Shown here piece by piece: positions 36,556 through 47,361 of a DNA stretch of 64,000 bases; position 1 is the stretch's first letter; every line of letters begins with the position of its first letter. The stretch comes from Mycobacterium phage prophi88-1. The stretch is taken from sequence record MW584166.1, one strand, 5' to 3'. The notes under the pieces are model-generated. The model was not told the DNA's origin, ran no database searches, and saw nothing but the letters and a program-made list of their open reading frames with translations. Position numbers and translations under genes: made by a program.

Positions 36556-37614
36556 ATGGCATTCGCAGTCGTTAAGGGCTATGCGCTCCGCGTGACCAAG
36601 GTGGATTCGTGCGGTCTGCCCATCCAGGGCAACGCCAACCGCATCGTCACCGAGGGATTCATTCGGGTCAATCTGGATCCGAATATGAAGGAAGCCAACG
36701 AGATCACCCAAGAGAACGCCGCGGGCAAGGAGTGCGTCAGTGATCGCACCCCGGCCGAACGCCGTTGGTGGAACACCGAACTGCAGCTGTGCGGCGTTGA
36801 CCCGGACCTGTGGTCGCTGATCCTCGGCTGGGCGCGGGTGCTCGACCATGAGGGCAACCCGATCGGCGTGATCGACAGCAAGTCCGTCGATGACAAGTCG
36901 GGCGTCATGTTCGAGATCTGGACTGGCGGCCAGGGCGACGACGACTGCCCCGAGCCGCTGGATGATTCGATCTTCTCCGCGGCGGCATCCGGACGCCAAT
37001 ACGGCTATCTCGCTTTTGCGGGCAATGAGTTCGTCTCGGGCGCAATCCCTGTTGGCGCCGAAGCGTCGAACTTCACCTTGACGGGTCGCACGATCGCGCC
37101 CAAGCGCTGGGGACGGGGCCCGTACAACGTGGCCGCGATCGACCCCGCCGGCACACCGGGGCGTCTGCTGGTTCCCATGTACAGCAAGCCCTCGGACAAC
37201 CACCTGATCCTGTTCCGGACCCCGGTGCCGCCGCCGGCGCCCACCGAAGGTGCGTGCGAGCTGGCGGTGCAGTCGATCTTCACCGGACCAGGTAAGGCGT
37301 ACTTCGGTGTGGACGCCGCTGATGTGGCTCCGCCGCAGCCGATCTGCAAGGCCAAGACGTACACCGTCGCGGTCACCGGCACCGGGAACTGGAAGGCCAA
37401 GGTCGGCACTGAGCCGACCGCCGACATCGCCGCCACCGCGCTGCCCGCGGCGGTGCAGTCGGCGATCGAGGCGCTGCCCAACGTCGAGGTGGGCCAGGTC
37501 CAGGTCTCCGGTACGGCAGGCAGCTACACCGTGAAGCTCGACCCGGCTCTGGGGGCGCTTAGCGCCGACAGCACGGGCCTGACTGGCGGTGCTGCCACCG
37601 TCACACCGGCGTAG
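36556..37614 (+). CDS. major structural protein (major capsid or major tail subunit candidate)
   Basis: 352 aa. Strong GCAGGAGGAAGC Shine-Dalgarno. C-terminal Ig-like Thr/Val-rich region. Lies upstream of the head-tail connector genes. Confidence 0.45.
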   Translation: MAFAVVKGYALRVTKVDSCGLPIQGNANRIVTEGFIRVNLDPNMKEANEITQENAAGKECVSDRTPAERRWWNTELQLCGVDPDLWSLILGWARVLDHEGNPIGVIDSKSVDDKSGVMFEIWTGGQGDDDCPEPLDDSIFSAAASGRQYGYLAFAGNEFVSGAIPVGAEASNFTLTGRTIAPKRWGRGPYNVAAIDPAGTPGRLLVPMYSKPSDNHLILFRTPVPPPAPTEGACELAVQSIFTGPGKAYFGVDAADVAPPQPICKAKTYTVAVTGTGNWKAKVGTEPTADIAATALPAAVQSAIEALPNVEVGQVQVSGTAGSYTVKLDPALGALSADSTGLTGGAATVTPA

Positions 37615-37692
37615 GGGAGCAGGCGAGCGAAACGCCCGGGGTGTCACGGCCCCCGGGCGTTTCGTCATGTGTAAGCACCCCCGACTCCTACC

Positions 37693-38445
37693 GTGTGCCC
37701 CATGTCCTGCGATTGGCCGATCGACCGGAGCTGTCTGCCGCCGCTGCCCGAACTCGGCACCAGCCCGACCGCGGAGGAACAAGCGGCCCACAACCTGGAA
37801 CTGATGCGGCGCAGCAACGCCGAAGACATTGCCGTGCACGTGCTGTGGGCGCTGTCAGGCCGACAGTTCGGCGCCTGCGCAACCACAGCGCGGCCCTGCC
37901 GCTCCTACGCGCAGGGATTCGGATACAGCTCGACTGTTCTGAAACTCGATGCCGGCCAATGGGTGAACTGGCCGTGTGGCTGTATCGGGGGCTGCTCGGT
38001 CACGGGCCCGCGGGTAGTGCATCTGCCGGGCCCGGTCGCATCGATCACCGACGTGAGGATCGACGGCGCGGTGCTCGATGAGTCCGGGTACCAGCTGGAG
38101 GGAAACGCCCTGTACCGCAAGGACGGTGCATGGCCTAGCCAAGATCTCGGCAGGCCGCTCGGGGAGCCCGGAACCTGGTCGGTGACCTACGCACGCGGCA
38201 ACCCCGTACCAGCTGGCGTCGACAAACTGGTAGGCCAACTAGCCCGCGAATTTGTTGCCGCCTGCGACGACGAAGAAACATGCCGACTGCCGCGCACCGT
38301 GGTGGCCACCACCCGCCGCGGTGTGAGCCACGAATTCGATCCGACAAAGATCCTCGCCGCCGGCAAGACGGGGCTAAGCGAGGTGGACCTGTGGCTGTCC
38401 GCGGTCAATCCGCATCGACTCCAGCAGGCACCGGAGGTGCTGTGA
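37693..38445 (+). CDS. head-tail connector region protein (hypothetical)
   Basis: 250-aa ORF. Confidence 0.4.
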   Translation: MCPMSCDWPIDRSCLPPLPELGTSPTAEEQAAHNLELMRRSNAEDIAVHVLWALSGRQFGACATTARPCRSYAQGFGYSSTVLKLDAGQWVNWPCGCIGGCSVTGPRVVHLPGPVASITDVRIDGAVLDESGYQLEGNALYRKDGAWPSQDLGRPLGEPGTWSVTYARGNPVPAGVDKLVGQLAREFVAACDDEETCRLPRTVVATTRRGVSHEFDPTKILAAGKTGLSEVDLWLSAVNPHRLQQAPEVL

Positions 38446-38984
38446 ATCCCCACGATCCAGCCTCCGATATCGTCAACGAATTCATCAACGCGATGAAAAA
38501 GGCCTTCAACCCAACAGATTCGGTCCAACCGCCGCTCGGTGGCGGCTCCGAGGATGTGCGGTTCTTCGCCGGCGACGGGCCGCTGCCGCTGTCCGTTTGG
38601 GATCCCGAGCACGGGCCGGCGGCGGGCTGCAAAGAGCCGCTGCTCTGGGTGCGGGTGGATCGCCGGTACCGCAGCCGGCGCAGTGATTTTCCCGCTGCCT
38701 ACGTTGCCGCCCGGGATTGCAAGACCGCTGATGTGGTGCGGGCACTGGCGGTCGAGATCGGTATCGCACGGTGCGCGGACATGTCAGCCAAACCGAAGTG
38801 GCCGGTGCTCGAATCGGAGGCCGAGATCAGCCTGGATGACTCGTTCCGGATCGAAACGGCGTTGTGTCTTGCGGCCACCGCGCTGACCAAGCCCGATCGT
38901 GCAGTAGCCACCGATACCATCGCGCCGCAAGGGCCCGAGGGCGGGCTGATCGCGTGGACCGGTATGGCCTACGTGTCGCTATGA
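38442..38984 (+). CDS. structural protein (hypothetical)
   Basis: GTGA-coupled ORF. Confidence 0.4.
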   Translation: MNPHDPASDIVNEFINAMKKAFNPTDSVQPPLGGGSEDVRFFAGDGPLPLSVWDPEHGPAAGCKEPLLWVRVDRRYRSRRSDFPAAYVAARDCKTADVVRALAVEIGIARCADMSAKPKWPVLESEAEISLDDSFRIETALCLAATALTKPDRAVATDTIAPQGPEGGLIAWTGMAYVSL

Positions 38985-38997
38985 GAGAGGGTGCGCT

Positions 38998-39345
38998 GTG
39001 GGGCATTACGTCACCATCGAGGGAAGCCTGACACCGACCACGAGTCTGGCGCGGGGCGTGCGCAAGACAGTGGCCGTCACCGACGAGGTCCGCAAGCTGG
39101 TGCAGATCGGTGGCGCCGTCGTGGTGGACGGCAGCCTCGACGAACCTGAAGCCCCCGGAAACGAGTCCAGCAGCGAAAGCACCGCGCAAGCCGAAACAGC
39201 GGACGAAACCGAGCCGGATTCCGCTGCCGACAGCCCGCACACCGAGGCCGACACGGAGACCTCGGCCAAGCGTGTCCGCAGCGCACGCCGGTCGCCGGCC
39301 GCCGACCCAGACGCACCGCAGACGAAGCCCGATGGCGCGAGTTAG
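38998..39345 (+). CDS. structural protein (hypothetical, acidic C-terminus)
   Basis: GTG start with a GAGAGGG Shine-Dalgarno. Confidence 0.4.
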   Translation: MGHYVTIEGSLTPTTSLARGVRKTVAVTDEVRKLVQIGGAVVVDGSLDEPEAPGNESSSESTAQAETADETEPDSAADSPHTEADTETSAKRVRSARRSPAADPDAPQTKPDGAS

Positions 39346-39736
39346 AGGGCGCTTCGAGCTTCACGAACGAGAGCTCAACGACCAGACCCGGTCTTTCGGC
39401 CGGCGCCGGATGGCGTCCCTGCAGCGACGTATCGCCAACCAGGCACGCGTCGACGCCCCCGTTCGCACCGGCAACCTCGGCCGCCAGGTCAACGAGGGAC
39501 ACATCGGTTTCACCGGCCCCCGAACGATTTCCGGCAGCGTCGGCAACGACGCCCGCTACGCGCTATACGTCCACGAGGGCTCGCGGCCTCACCTCATCCG
39601 GCCACGCAACGCCAAAGCGCTGCGGTTCCAGATAGGCGGGCGCACGGTGTTCGCAAAGCTGGTGCACCACCCGGGAACGAAGGCGCGACCGTTCTTGCGC
39701 AACGCCGGAATGCGAGTGGCATCGCGGGAACGCTGA
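39332..39736 (+). CDS. HK97 gp10-like head-tail joining protein
   Basis: About 130 aa. AKLVHHPGTKARPFL resembles the gp10 family. Confidence 0.5.
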   Translation: MARVRGRFELHERELNDQTRSFGRRRMASLQRRIANQARVDAPVRTGNLGRQVNEGHIGFTGPRTISGSVGNDARYALYVHEGSRPHLIRPRNAKALRFQIGGRTVFAKLVHHPGTKARPFLRNAGMRVASRER

Positions 39737-39753
39737 CCAACTATTCACTGCGA

Positions 39754-40302
39754 GTGAATCGTTCGGCTGCACCCCTGCTCGGCACGCTACGCGCCATGAC
39801 CACACCCGCCTCGGAACCTCTCCAGTCGCCCGCCCCTGCACCGGCCGAACCGGCAGCAGCCGGCGCCATCGAACAAGATGTCATCGCGCCTAATACGCAG
39901 GTAGTCACTGAACCAGCTGCCCACGGTGATGCGCTGCCAGCGGTCCGGGCCAGTAGCGAGGTAGCGACGCCCAGCGGGTGGCCGCACGAGTTCCTGGAGT
40001 TTGGTGGCGACAAGCTCGAAATCCGGGTTCCCACACCACAGGCCATGTCGGCGCTGTCGCTTGGAATGGGCAAGTACGTTCCGGCGAAGATGAAGAACGA
40101 GATCAGCGGCCTGTTCATCGCCCGGCATCTGTCGGAAGACACCTACGAGCACGTCTACTCGCGGTTGATGAACCCGGACGACACCGGATACAACGCCAAC
40201 ACCATCGGGGAGCTGATCGGCGCGCTGCTCAACGAAGGTGTCGAGCAATTCGAAAAGGTGTCGAAGGCACCGGAAGCGGTGAACAGCGAGGCCGAGAAGT
40301 AG
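39754..40302 (+). CDS. tail assembly chaperone candidate
   Basis: 182-aa ORF immediately upstream of the tape measure gene. Confidence 0.4.
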   Translation: MNRSAAPLLGTLRAMTTPASEPLQSPAPAPAEPAAAGAIEQDVIAPNTQVVTEPAAHGDALPAVRASSEVATPSGWPHEFLEFGGDKLEIRVPTPQAMSALSLGMGKYVPAKMKNEISGLFIARHLSEDTYEHVYSRLMNPDDTGYNANTIGELIGALLNEGVEQFEKVSKAPEAVNSEAEK

Positions 40303-40327
40303 CACCCCACCTCGCTAGCTTGAGCCG

Positions 40328-43300
40328 GTGACCACGCCCGTCGGCTCGATTCGCCTTGATCTGTCGATCGACGGTTCGGACCTTGACGACGAGATCACTG
40401 CTGCTGTGCAAAAGCACATGGGGCCCGCCATGGCGAGGCTTCACGCGCAGCTTGATCGAATCGAGCGTGAGTATGTCGAGGCCGCGCGTGCGGCTGAAAA
40501 GTCCTCCGCTAAGCAGACAGCAGCAGCCAGGGCCGTTGCCGAAGCGGTCGAGGACATCGGTGACGAGCACACCAAGTCGGCAGCCAAAGCGCGTGCTGGC
40601 GAGAGCGTTTCGACACGGTCGATCAACGCGACCACCCGGGCCATCCAAAAGCAGACAGCAGCCTGGGAAGCGAACGCGGCGGCGCGGATCGCCGCGGCAG
40701 CTGCACCGACCCCGGCCGGACCACCGCCAGGCGGCGGTAGCCGCGGTGGGGGAGGCGGCGGCTCTGGCGGCGGTGTCAGATGGCATGGCGGCAGGGGAGG
40801 TTTCCTTTCCAGCCCCATAGGATTGAATGCGATTTCTCTCGGTGTCGGCAGCCTTCCGGCCGCGACCACGGCCGTTGTCAACCTCACCGGGGCACTGCAG
40901 CAGCTCGTCCAGGTCGGATTCGTTGTACCTGGCGTCATCGGCGGCATGGTCTCGTCGATCGGCACCGCGGTGTTGGGGTTCCACGGCCTGTCCGACGCGG
41001 TGAAGGCATCGTGGGAGGCCGCGAAGTCGGGCGACCCGAAGGACATCAAGAAAGCTGCCGAGGCAATGCAGGGCCTTGCCCCGGCGGTCCAGGGCGTCGT
41101 CAAGGCCATAGTTTCCGCGCGCCCCCAACTGGAGCATCTGCAGCGCGACATCGTGGCGCAGAACATGTTCGAAGGCGTCGATCAGAGCATCACCGAACTG
41201 ACCGACAAATCGATACCCACCTTGGAGAAGGGCCTCGGCGGCATCGCGAAGGCATGGAACGCCACGTTCAAGGAACTGGGCCGCGTCGGCGGCCTGGACT
41301 CCTCGCAGTCAATCTTGGACAAGCTGTTCGGCAACACCGCCGACGCGCAGAACCGCGCCAACGCGGCGATCGAACCGCTGATCCACGGTTTCGGCACACT
41401 GACTGCCGAGGGCAGCGACTTCCTGCCGCGTATCGCCGACGGGTTGACCGCTGTCACAAAGCGATTCGACAACTGGATCACCCGATCGGTGGAGAACGGC
41501 AACCTCGACAAATGGATCACCGAAGGCATCGAGGGTGCCGACCATCTGGGCAACACACTGTTGAACATCGGCAAGATCATCGCCTCGATCACCAAAGCCG
41601 CTGGCGGCGACGGCGGTCTGTTGTCCGCGCTCGACGGCGGGTCCGGCGCTCTGGCCGACTTCCTGGCATCGGACAAGGGCCAAGAGAAGCTGATCAAGTT
41701 CTTCACCGAGGGACGCGAGCAGATCAAGCAGTGGATGCCGATCCTGGGCAACGTCGCCTCGCTCCTGGGTGATGTTTACGACGGCATGAAGCAGTGGACC
41801 GCGGTGCTGCTACCGATCCTCAAAATGGTTACCGACCTTCTCAACTCGATGCCAGGCGGCATCTCCGGTGTCGTCACAGCATTCCTGGCGTGGAGAACGA
41901 TCTCCGGCATTACCTCGGTTCTGTCCGGGATAAACAGCATCGGGTCGGCCCTGGACGGTTTACCTGGGAAAGCAGGGACAGCGGCAGGGGGAATCAACAA
42001 GGCGCTGGCAGGTCTGGGCATCGGCGCGGCGGCATTCCAGATCGGCGGCGGCTTGATCAACTCGGATTCGGGGTTGGCGCAGGCCGGAGGGTTCGCCGCC
42101 AACATCGGTGGCGGTGCCCTGGCCGGTGGCCTGATGGGCGGTCCGTGGGGTGCTGCGCTCGGCGCCATGATTGGTGCCGGTGTGTCGTTGTTCGAGCTGT
42201 CTCGCAAGCGCCTGGAAGAAGGCAAAGCCGAGTGGGACAAGTCGTGGCAGGAGCACCATGACAACCCACCGCCGCCGGTTATCTCCCCCAGTGGCATCGA
42301 CCTCAAGACGATGCTTCCGGTCGACCGTGGACCGTCGCTGTCGCAAGGCATGCTCGCGCAGATTCAGGCCGGGAAACTTCCGGGGTACAGCATCGGCCCG
42401 AACGGCGCGGTGATCGGTCCCGACGGTCAACCACTGCCCGGCCTGAACCTGGGCGGCGTGACGCCGTACACCCCCTCGTTCCCGCTACCAACGCTACCGC
42501 CCCCTGCTCCGCCTCCACAGAAGCAACCGACCACGTTCCTGCCGATACCCGGCGCGACGGGGCAAAACGTCCCCGCCCCGCAAGGAACTAACCTCGGTCA
42601 GTTGATCGGCGCCGGTGCGTTGCCCGAGGTACAGGCCAACGTCCAGAAGTTGGCATCGGACATCCAGGCACTGCCCGAGGGTGAGGTCAAGATCAAAGAC
42701 CCGTCGCCCGAAGTGATGAAAAACCTTGAGTCCCTGGATGTACAGATCACCAAGGTCTCGGAGAACGAGATCCAGGTCAAGGCCAACACCAGTGCGGCAC
42801 AAGCCCAGATCGAAGCGTTCATCCTCAAGTACAAGCAGCAGACGATCACCATGATGATCCAGGCGCAGGGAATGACTCCCGCGGTGCCGCCTGGCCGCGC
42901 CGACGGCGGCGTGCTGCCCGGTTGGTCTCCCGGTGTCGACAACATGCTGGTACCGATGTCCGGCGGCGAGGGCGTGCTCATCCCCGAGGCTGTGCGCGGC
43001 CTGGGTGGGGCTGCAGCCATTTACGCCATCAACAGCCGGTTCCGTAGCGGCCTGTCCCGCAGGGGATACGCCGACGGCGGCGTGGTCGGTGCGGTGGCAG
43101 GCATTCCTGGCGTCGATGACAACACCGAACTCGGAGTGCTGCGACAAATCCGAGACCTGTTGGCCGGCAAGGGCGGCGGCCCGCTGCCCGCGACCTCCGA
43201 TGCCATCAAGTCCATCGCCTCCGACGGCGTCGCATCGGCCACCGGCAATTCGCCGGCACGGATGGGGCCATTCGGCACACCGATCAAGGCACGCAATCCC

Positions 43301-45922
43301 GGCTACGAGGCCGCCGCGGCGGCGATCCAAGCGCTGGGAGGAGACCCGGCGAAGTGGATTGGCGAGGACCCGAGCACCTACCTGCCCCGCGGTATCGGCG
43401 GAATCGGTGGTGTGGGTGCGGGCGGATACGCGCAGTACGCGGCGCTGCTGTCCAAGTTCGCCAAGAGCGGCAACCTGACAGCCGAACTCGTCGGTGCTGG
43501 TCTGGACGCCAATGACCCGGTCATCCGGGCGATCACCACCGCACGGAACAAGAAACGGGGTGCCCTCGGAGACGACGCTATCGCCGCGCTGGTTGAGCAG
43601 ATCATCGGCGGCGGCGGCGGATACACCGGCTCCCTGAACTCGAGTAACAGCGCGCTGATCAGCTCGTTGCAGACGTTCCGTGACAAGCTCGGCAGGACAG
43701 CGGTTCCCAACGGCACCGCAATCGCGGCGCTCCCGGCAGGCGGCGGCCCGAAGGGCTCCAAGTCAGGGCTGCAACCCAACGCGAACCAGCTGTGGGACTT
43801 CATCGCCACCAACTTCCCCGAGGTCCGCGAGATAGGGGGAGTGCGCCAGGACGCTATCTCCGACCACCCGAGCGGCCGCGCATTGGACATCATGGTCGGC
43901 CAAAACAAGGAACTGGGCGATCGTATCAATGCGGCGTTGCGCGCCAACTACATTGCGCTGGGCCTGGACTCAACAATTTGGCGCGACAAGTGGGAAGACT
44001 TCAACGGCAACAGCTCCACCGTCGCCGGACATCAGGACCACATCCACGCCAAGGTCGCCGCCGGCGCGGCCACGGGCATGCCAGGATTGCCGATGCCAGG
44101 CGGTGCCCCCGGTCAGGCCGGCATGGGCAGCGGCGTGGTCCCGGTCTACGTGACCAACTTCGACGGCCAAATGCGCGGCATGGGCGACCAAATGCTTGGT
44201 GCGCTGTCGCAGTCGGGTGGACTAGCCGCGTCAAACGTCGCAGGCGACATGATGAGCGCGGTCGCCGGGCTCGGCCAGGAGCCCTGGAACAAGAAGAACG
44301 CCACCTACACCGAGCTCAATCAGCTCGTCAAGGAACGCAACCCGCTGGCACTTGCCAAGGCCATGGGCCTGAATGTCGAAGACTTCACCCGCGCCGGCGG
44401 CGACGCAGGAGAACTCACCACCAACGACGGCAAGGCCTTCGACGCCAGCGGACGCATGTTCTCCGACACAGGCGCCTTACTTGACCGGACATTCACCAGC
44501 GTCAACGCCCAACTGTCCGCCATGCGTGAACAACTCGTCGATGTCATCGAGCAGACCAACGCCAAACTCAACGAGGAAGCGCTGGAGCCGGTCGTCAAGG
44601 CGGGTGTGCAATCGGCCCTGGAGAGCTTGAAGGACAGCGTGAGCGGCCAGATCGGTACCGCCCTGGGGCAGGCGGCTGCACCACCGATCGCCGATGCGGT
44701 CCGCAGCGCGATCCCAGCCGACGGCGGCGGTGGCGGAGCTGCAGCCGGCATCGGCGGCAACATCGCCGGCGCACTCTTCGCCACCGGCGGCCCAGTGTAT
44801 GGCGGCATCCCGGGCAAGGATTCCGTTCCGGCGCTGCTCATGCCGAACGAACACGTGCTCACCACCGACGACGTAGCCCGCATGGGTGGGCATGCTGGTG
44901 TCTACGCGTTCCGGGCCGCCCTTGCTCGCCACGGTGGTGTGCGCGGGTTCGCCACCGGCGGCGGAGTCAACGTCAACGACACGGTAGGCGCGGAATTCTT
45001 TGGCGTATCGCAGATCCCGATCCTGGGCGCCATCGTCAACCTGCTGGTTCGTGTGCTGCTACGGGTGCTGGGTGTCGAGATCGAAGCCCGAGACACCCTC
45101 AATGAGATGACCGACGAGTTCCGCCAGTTCCGCGGCGACTTCGAAGCATTCGATGCCAGCGGACGCCTGATGAACGACACCTCCGCGCTCATCGACCGCT
45201 CATCCACCAGCGAGGAAGAAGCAGCACAGGAACGCATCCGGATCCTCAAGATTGTGATCGAGGCGCTGATCAAATACATCATCGAGAAGGTCATCGTGCC
45301 GATCGCGAAAGCCGTTGCCAACGCCGCGATCCAAGCGGGAGCATCGGCGGCCGGCGCCGCGGTCAACACCCAAGCACCGGGCGCCGGCGGCATTGTGTCC
45401 GCTCTCATCAGCTCAGGCGGGCAGGCGGGCGTGGACATAATCGCCGAGATCGGCAGCCAGCTCGCCGTCGAGGCGGCAGGGGTGATCATCGACATGCTGG
45501 GCGAAGGGCTGCAAAGCTACTTCCCGGACATCGTCAACGCCATCTTCGGTGGCGGGCTGCTGGAGAACCTGATCGCCGCACCGATCACCGCGGCGCTCGA
45601 AATTCCGCTGGCCATCATCGGTGCACTCAGCGGCGGCTTGACAGGCCTGTTCGCGCCGTTGCTGGCCATCCTGGGTGGCGGATCATTCGATCAGGGCGGC
45701 CTCGCGCGCGGTGTCGGCATGATGCCCAAGGCGACGATCCGGCCAGAGCGCGTCCTATCGCCGCAACAGACCATCCTGTTCGAGCGCATGATCGCCGCCC
45801 TGGAACGCAACCCTGGCGGCGCCAGCGGCAACCCCACGTACGTGACCGCGCAGATCAACGTCGAGGGCGGCCCACGAGCGGGCGAGAACGTCCGCGCCGG
45901 ACTGTTGGAGCTGATGAGCTGA
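40328..45922 (+). CDS. tape measure protein (1864 aa) with an embedded M15-type peptidase motif
   Basis: Size and position. Gly-rich segments. SDHPSGRALD matches SxHxxGxAxD (about 43.85 kb). Confidence 0.85.
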   Translation: MTTPVGSIRLDLSIDGSDLDDEITAAVQKHMGPAMARLHAQLDRIEREYVEAARAAEKSSAKQTAAARAVAEAVEDIGDEHTKSAAKARAGESVSTRSINATTRAIQKQTAAWEANAAARIAAAAAPTPAGPPPGGGSRGGGGGGSGGGVRWHGGRGGFLSSPIGLNAISLGVGSLPAATTAVVNLTGALQQLVQVGFVVPGVIGGMVSSIGTAVLGFHGLSDAVKASWEAAKSGDPKDIKKAAEAMQGLAPAVQGVVKAIVSARPQLEHLQRDIVAQNMFEGVDQSITELTDKSIPTLEKGLGGIAKAWNATFKELGRVGGLDSSQSILDKLFGNTADAQNRANAAIEPLIHGFGTLTAEGSDFLPRIADGLTAVTKRFDNWITRSVENGNLDKWITEGIEGADHLGNTLLNIGKIIASITKAAGGDGGLLSALDGGSGALADFLASDKGQEKLIKFFTEGREQIKQWMPILGNVASLLGDVYDGMKQWTAVLLPILKMVTDLLNSMPGGISGVVTAFLAWRTISGITSVLSGINSIGSALDGLPGKAGTAAGGINKALAGLGIGAAAFQIGGGLINSDSGLAQAGGFAANIGGGALAGGLMGGPWGAALGAMIGAGVSLFELSRKRLEEGKAEWDKSWQEHHDNPPPPVISPSGIDLKTMLPVDRGPSLSQGMLAQIQAGKLPGYSIGPNGAVIGPDGQPLPGLNLGGVTPYTPSFPLPTLPPPAPPPQKQPTTFLPIPGATGQNVPAPQGTNLGQLIGAGALPEVQANVQKLASDIQALPEGEVKIKDPSPEVMKNLESLDVQITKVSENEIQVKANTSAAQAQIEAFILKYKQQTITMMIQAQGMTPAVPPGRADGGVLPGWSPGVDNMLVPMSGGEGVLIPEAVRGLGGAAAIYAINSRFRSGLSRRGYADGGVVGAVAGIPGVDDNTELGVLRQIRDLLAGKGGGPLPATSDAIKSIASDGVASATGNSPARMGPFGTPIKARNPGYEAAAAAIQALGGDPAKWIGEDPSTYLPRGIGGIGGVGAGGYAQYAALLSKFAKSGNLTAELVGAGLDANDPVIRAITTARNKKRGALGDDAIAALVEQIIGGGGGYTGSLNSSNSALISSLQTFRDKLGRTAVPNGTAIAALPAGGGPKGSKSGLQPNANQLWDFIATNFPEVREIGGVRQDAISDHPSGRALDIMVGQNKELGDRINAALRANYIALGLDSTIWRDKWEDFNGNSSTVAGHQDHIHAKVAAGAATGMPGLPMPGGAPGQAGMGSGVVPVYVTNFDGQMRGMGDQMLGALSQSGGLAASNVAGDMMSAVAGLGQEPWNKKNATYTELNQLVKERNPLALAKAMGLNVEDFTRAGGDAGELTTNDGKAFDASGRMFSDTGALLDRTFTSVNAQLSAMREQLVDVIEQTNAKLNEEALEPVVKAGVQSALESLKDSVSGQIGTALGQAAAPPIADAVRSAIPADGGGGGAAAGIGGNIAGALFATGGPVYGGIPGKDSVPALLMPNEHVLTTDDVARMGGHAGVYAFRAALARHGGVRGFATGGGVNVNDTVGAEFFGVSQIPILGAIVNLLVRVLLRVLGVEIEARDTLNEMTDEFRQFRGDFEAFDASGRLMNDTSALIDRSSTSEEEAAQERIRILKIVIEALIKYIIEKVIVPIAKAVANAAIQAGASAAGAAVNTQAPGAGGIVSALISSGGQAGVDIIAEIGSQLAVEAAGVIIDMLGEGLQSYFPDIVNAIFGGGLLENLIAAPITAALEIPLAIIGALSGGLTGLFAPLLAILGGGSFDQGGLARGVGMMPKATIRPERVLSPQQTILFERMIAALERNPGGASGNPTYVTAQINVEGGPRAGENVRAGLLELMS

Positions 45923-47358
45923 TGGCCTACCGCGGATACTTCACCCTCAACGGCGTGGAGATCGCCAACAGCTCCAGGGTGATCGCGCACCTGGGCCAGG
46001 ATGTGCCAACCAGCGACATCGGTGTCTTTGGCGACGATCCGAGCACCGACTGCGCGCTCATCGAATCCACCGAATTTCCGGGGTTCTACGAAATCCCCGA
46101 CAGCTCCACCGAAGTGAGCCCCGGCCTGCTCACGCCGCCCAACGGTGCCCGCCGGCTGGGGCCCGGCCTGTTTGAGATCAACGGCACGTGCTGGGGTCCG
46201 ATCGCGTTCTGCGGCTCGTGCTCCACAATCGTCACCTACGATGATTCGTGGCCAGGTCTTCGGGAATTCCTGGGCGACAACAACTATCGACCCGAGCTGG
46301 CACCGTGGTACAGCACCGAACTGCCCGAATCCACAGAGTTCGGCGGCGTATGGGTGATGAAAATCGACGGCCTGGGAGCAACACCGGTAGAACGGCCCAT
46401 CACCCAGATGACCGGATCAGGGGCCGCGGCCGGCCCGCATAGAGACCTGTCACGCACCCTCACGTTCGAGGCGCTGATGATCGCCTGCACTCACGCTGGC
46501 GTCGAGTTCGGCATGGACTGGTTGTCCTGCATCCTGCGGGACACCACCGACGACAACACCAGCGTTCTGCGTTATCTTGCTGCCAGCCCAGCGCATTCGG
46601 GCGTCGATCCGGCATCGTTGGTGCGTGAGGTGCATGGCGTTGTCTTGACCAAAGAGCCGCGGATCATCTCCGAATACAACACCCAGGCCGGCCAGCATCA
46701 CCAAGCCAACCTGTATCGCATCAGCTGGGAAATGACGGTGCTCTCGCCCTACGCCTACCTGCCGCAGGTAAGGGTGCCGGTCGACTGGGACGAGATCACC
46801 AGGCAGCCGGTCAACTGGGTTCACGCTGCCGACTGCGAAAAGCCCTCCACCTGTTCGGACATGCCGGTGCTGTTCTCCGCTGACTGCGTGCCCGAGGAGA
46901 TCGCGATCCTGGACACTCCGCCGCCGGTGTGCGGCGGGTGCCTGCCGGTCGGCGAGATCGACAAGTACAGCTTCCGTATCCCCACCATGGATTACGCGTT
47001 CCGTTGCCGGGACACCGCGGTCAGTATCGCGATCCGTAACCTCGGCGGGACGCCGTTGACACTGCAAGCGTTTCTGCGGGTGTGCGGCACCGATGTGCGC
47101 TGCGAAGACAACCGATTCCCGCTGCAGGTATCGGGTCTGCCACCACTGACAGAGCTGGTCCTCGACGGCATCTCGGGGCGCTACTGGGCCATCTATGACG
47201 ACCGCAAGCACCGCGCCGTTGGGATCGTCGGCACCCCCAACGGCGCGCCCTGGCGACCACCACGTATCGACCGCGAAACATGCTGGGATTTCATCGTTCA
47301 AACAGCTAGCACCTCGCAATTCGAGGTCACCATGACACTCACCGATCGGGAGCCGTGA
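45922..47358 (+). CDS. minor tail protein (distal tail protein candidate)
   Basis: 478 aa, directly after the tape measure gene. Confidence 0.55.
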   Translation: MAYRGYFTLNGVEIANSSRVIAHLGQDVPTSDIGVFGDDPSTDCALIESTEFPGFYEIPDSSTEVSPGLLTPPNGARRLGPGLFEINGTCWGPIAFCGSCSTIVTYDDSWPGLREFLGDNNYRPELAPWYSTELPESTEFGGVWVMKIDGLGATPVERPITQMTGSGAAAGPHRDLSRTLTFEALMIACTHAGVEFGMDWLSCILRDTTDDNTSVLRYLAASPAHSGVDPASLVREVHGVVLTKEPRIISEYNTQAGQHHQANLYRISWEMTVLSPYAYLPQVRVPVDWDEITRQPVNWVHAADCEKPSTCSDMPVLFSADCVPEEIAILDTPPPVCGGCLPVGEIDKYSFRIPTMDYAFRCRDTAVSIAIRNLGGTPLTLQAFLRVCGTDVRCEDNRFPLQVSGLPPLTELVLDGISGRYWAIYDDRKHRAVGIVGTPNGAPWRPPRIDRETCWDFIVQTASTSQFEVTMTLTDREP

Positions 47359-47361
47359 GCC

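Noticed and set aside
39978-40331. Overlapping + frame ORF that could be a frameshift extension (G-T type) of the tail assembly chaperone
   Set aside because: The translation is Arg/His-rich junk and shows no slippery heptamer that I could identify. It cannot be supported without a search.
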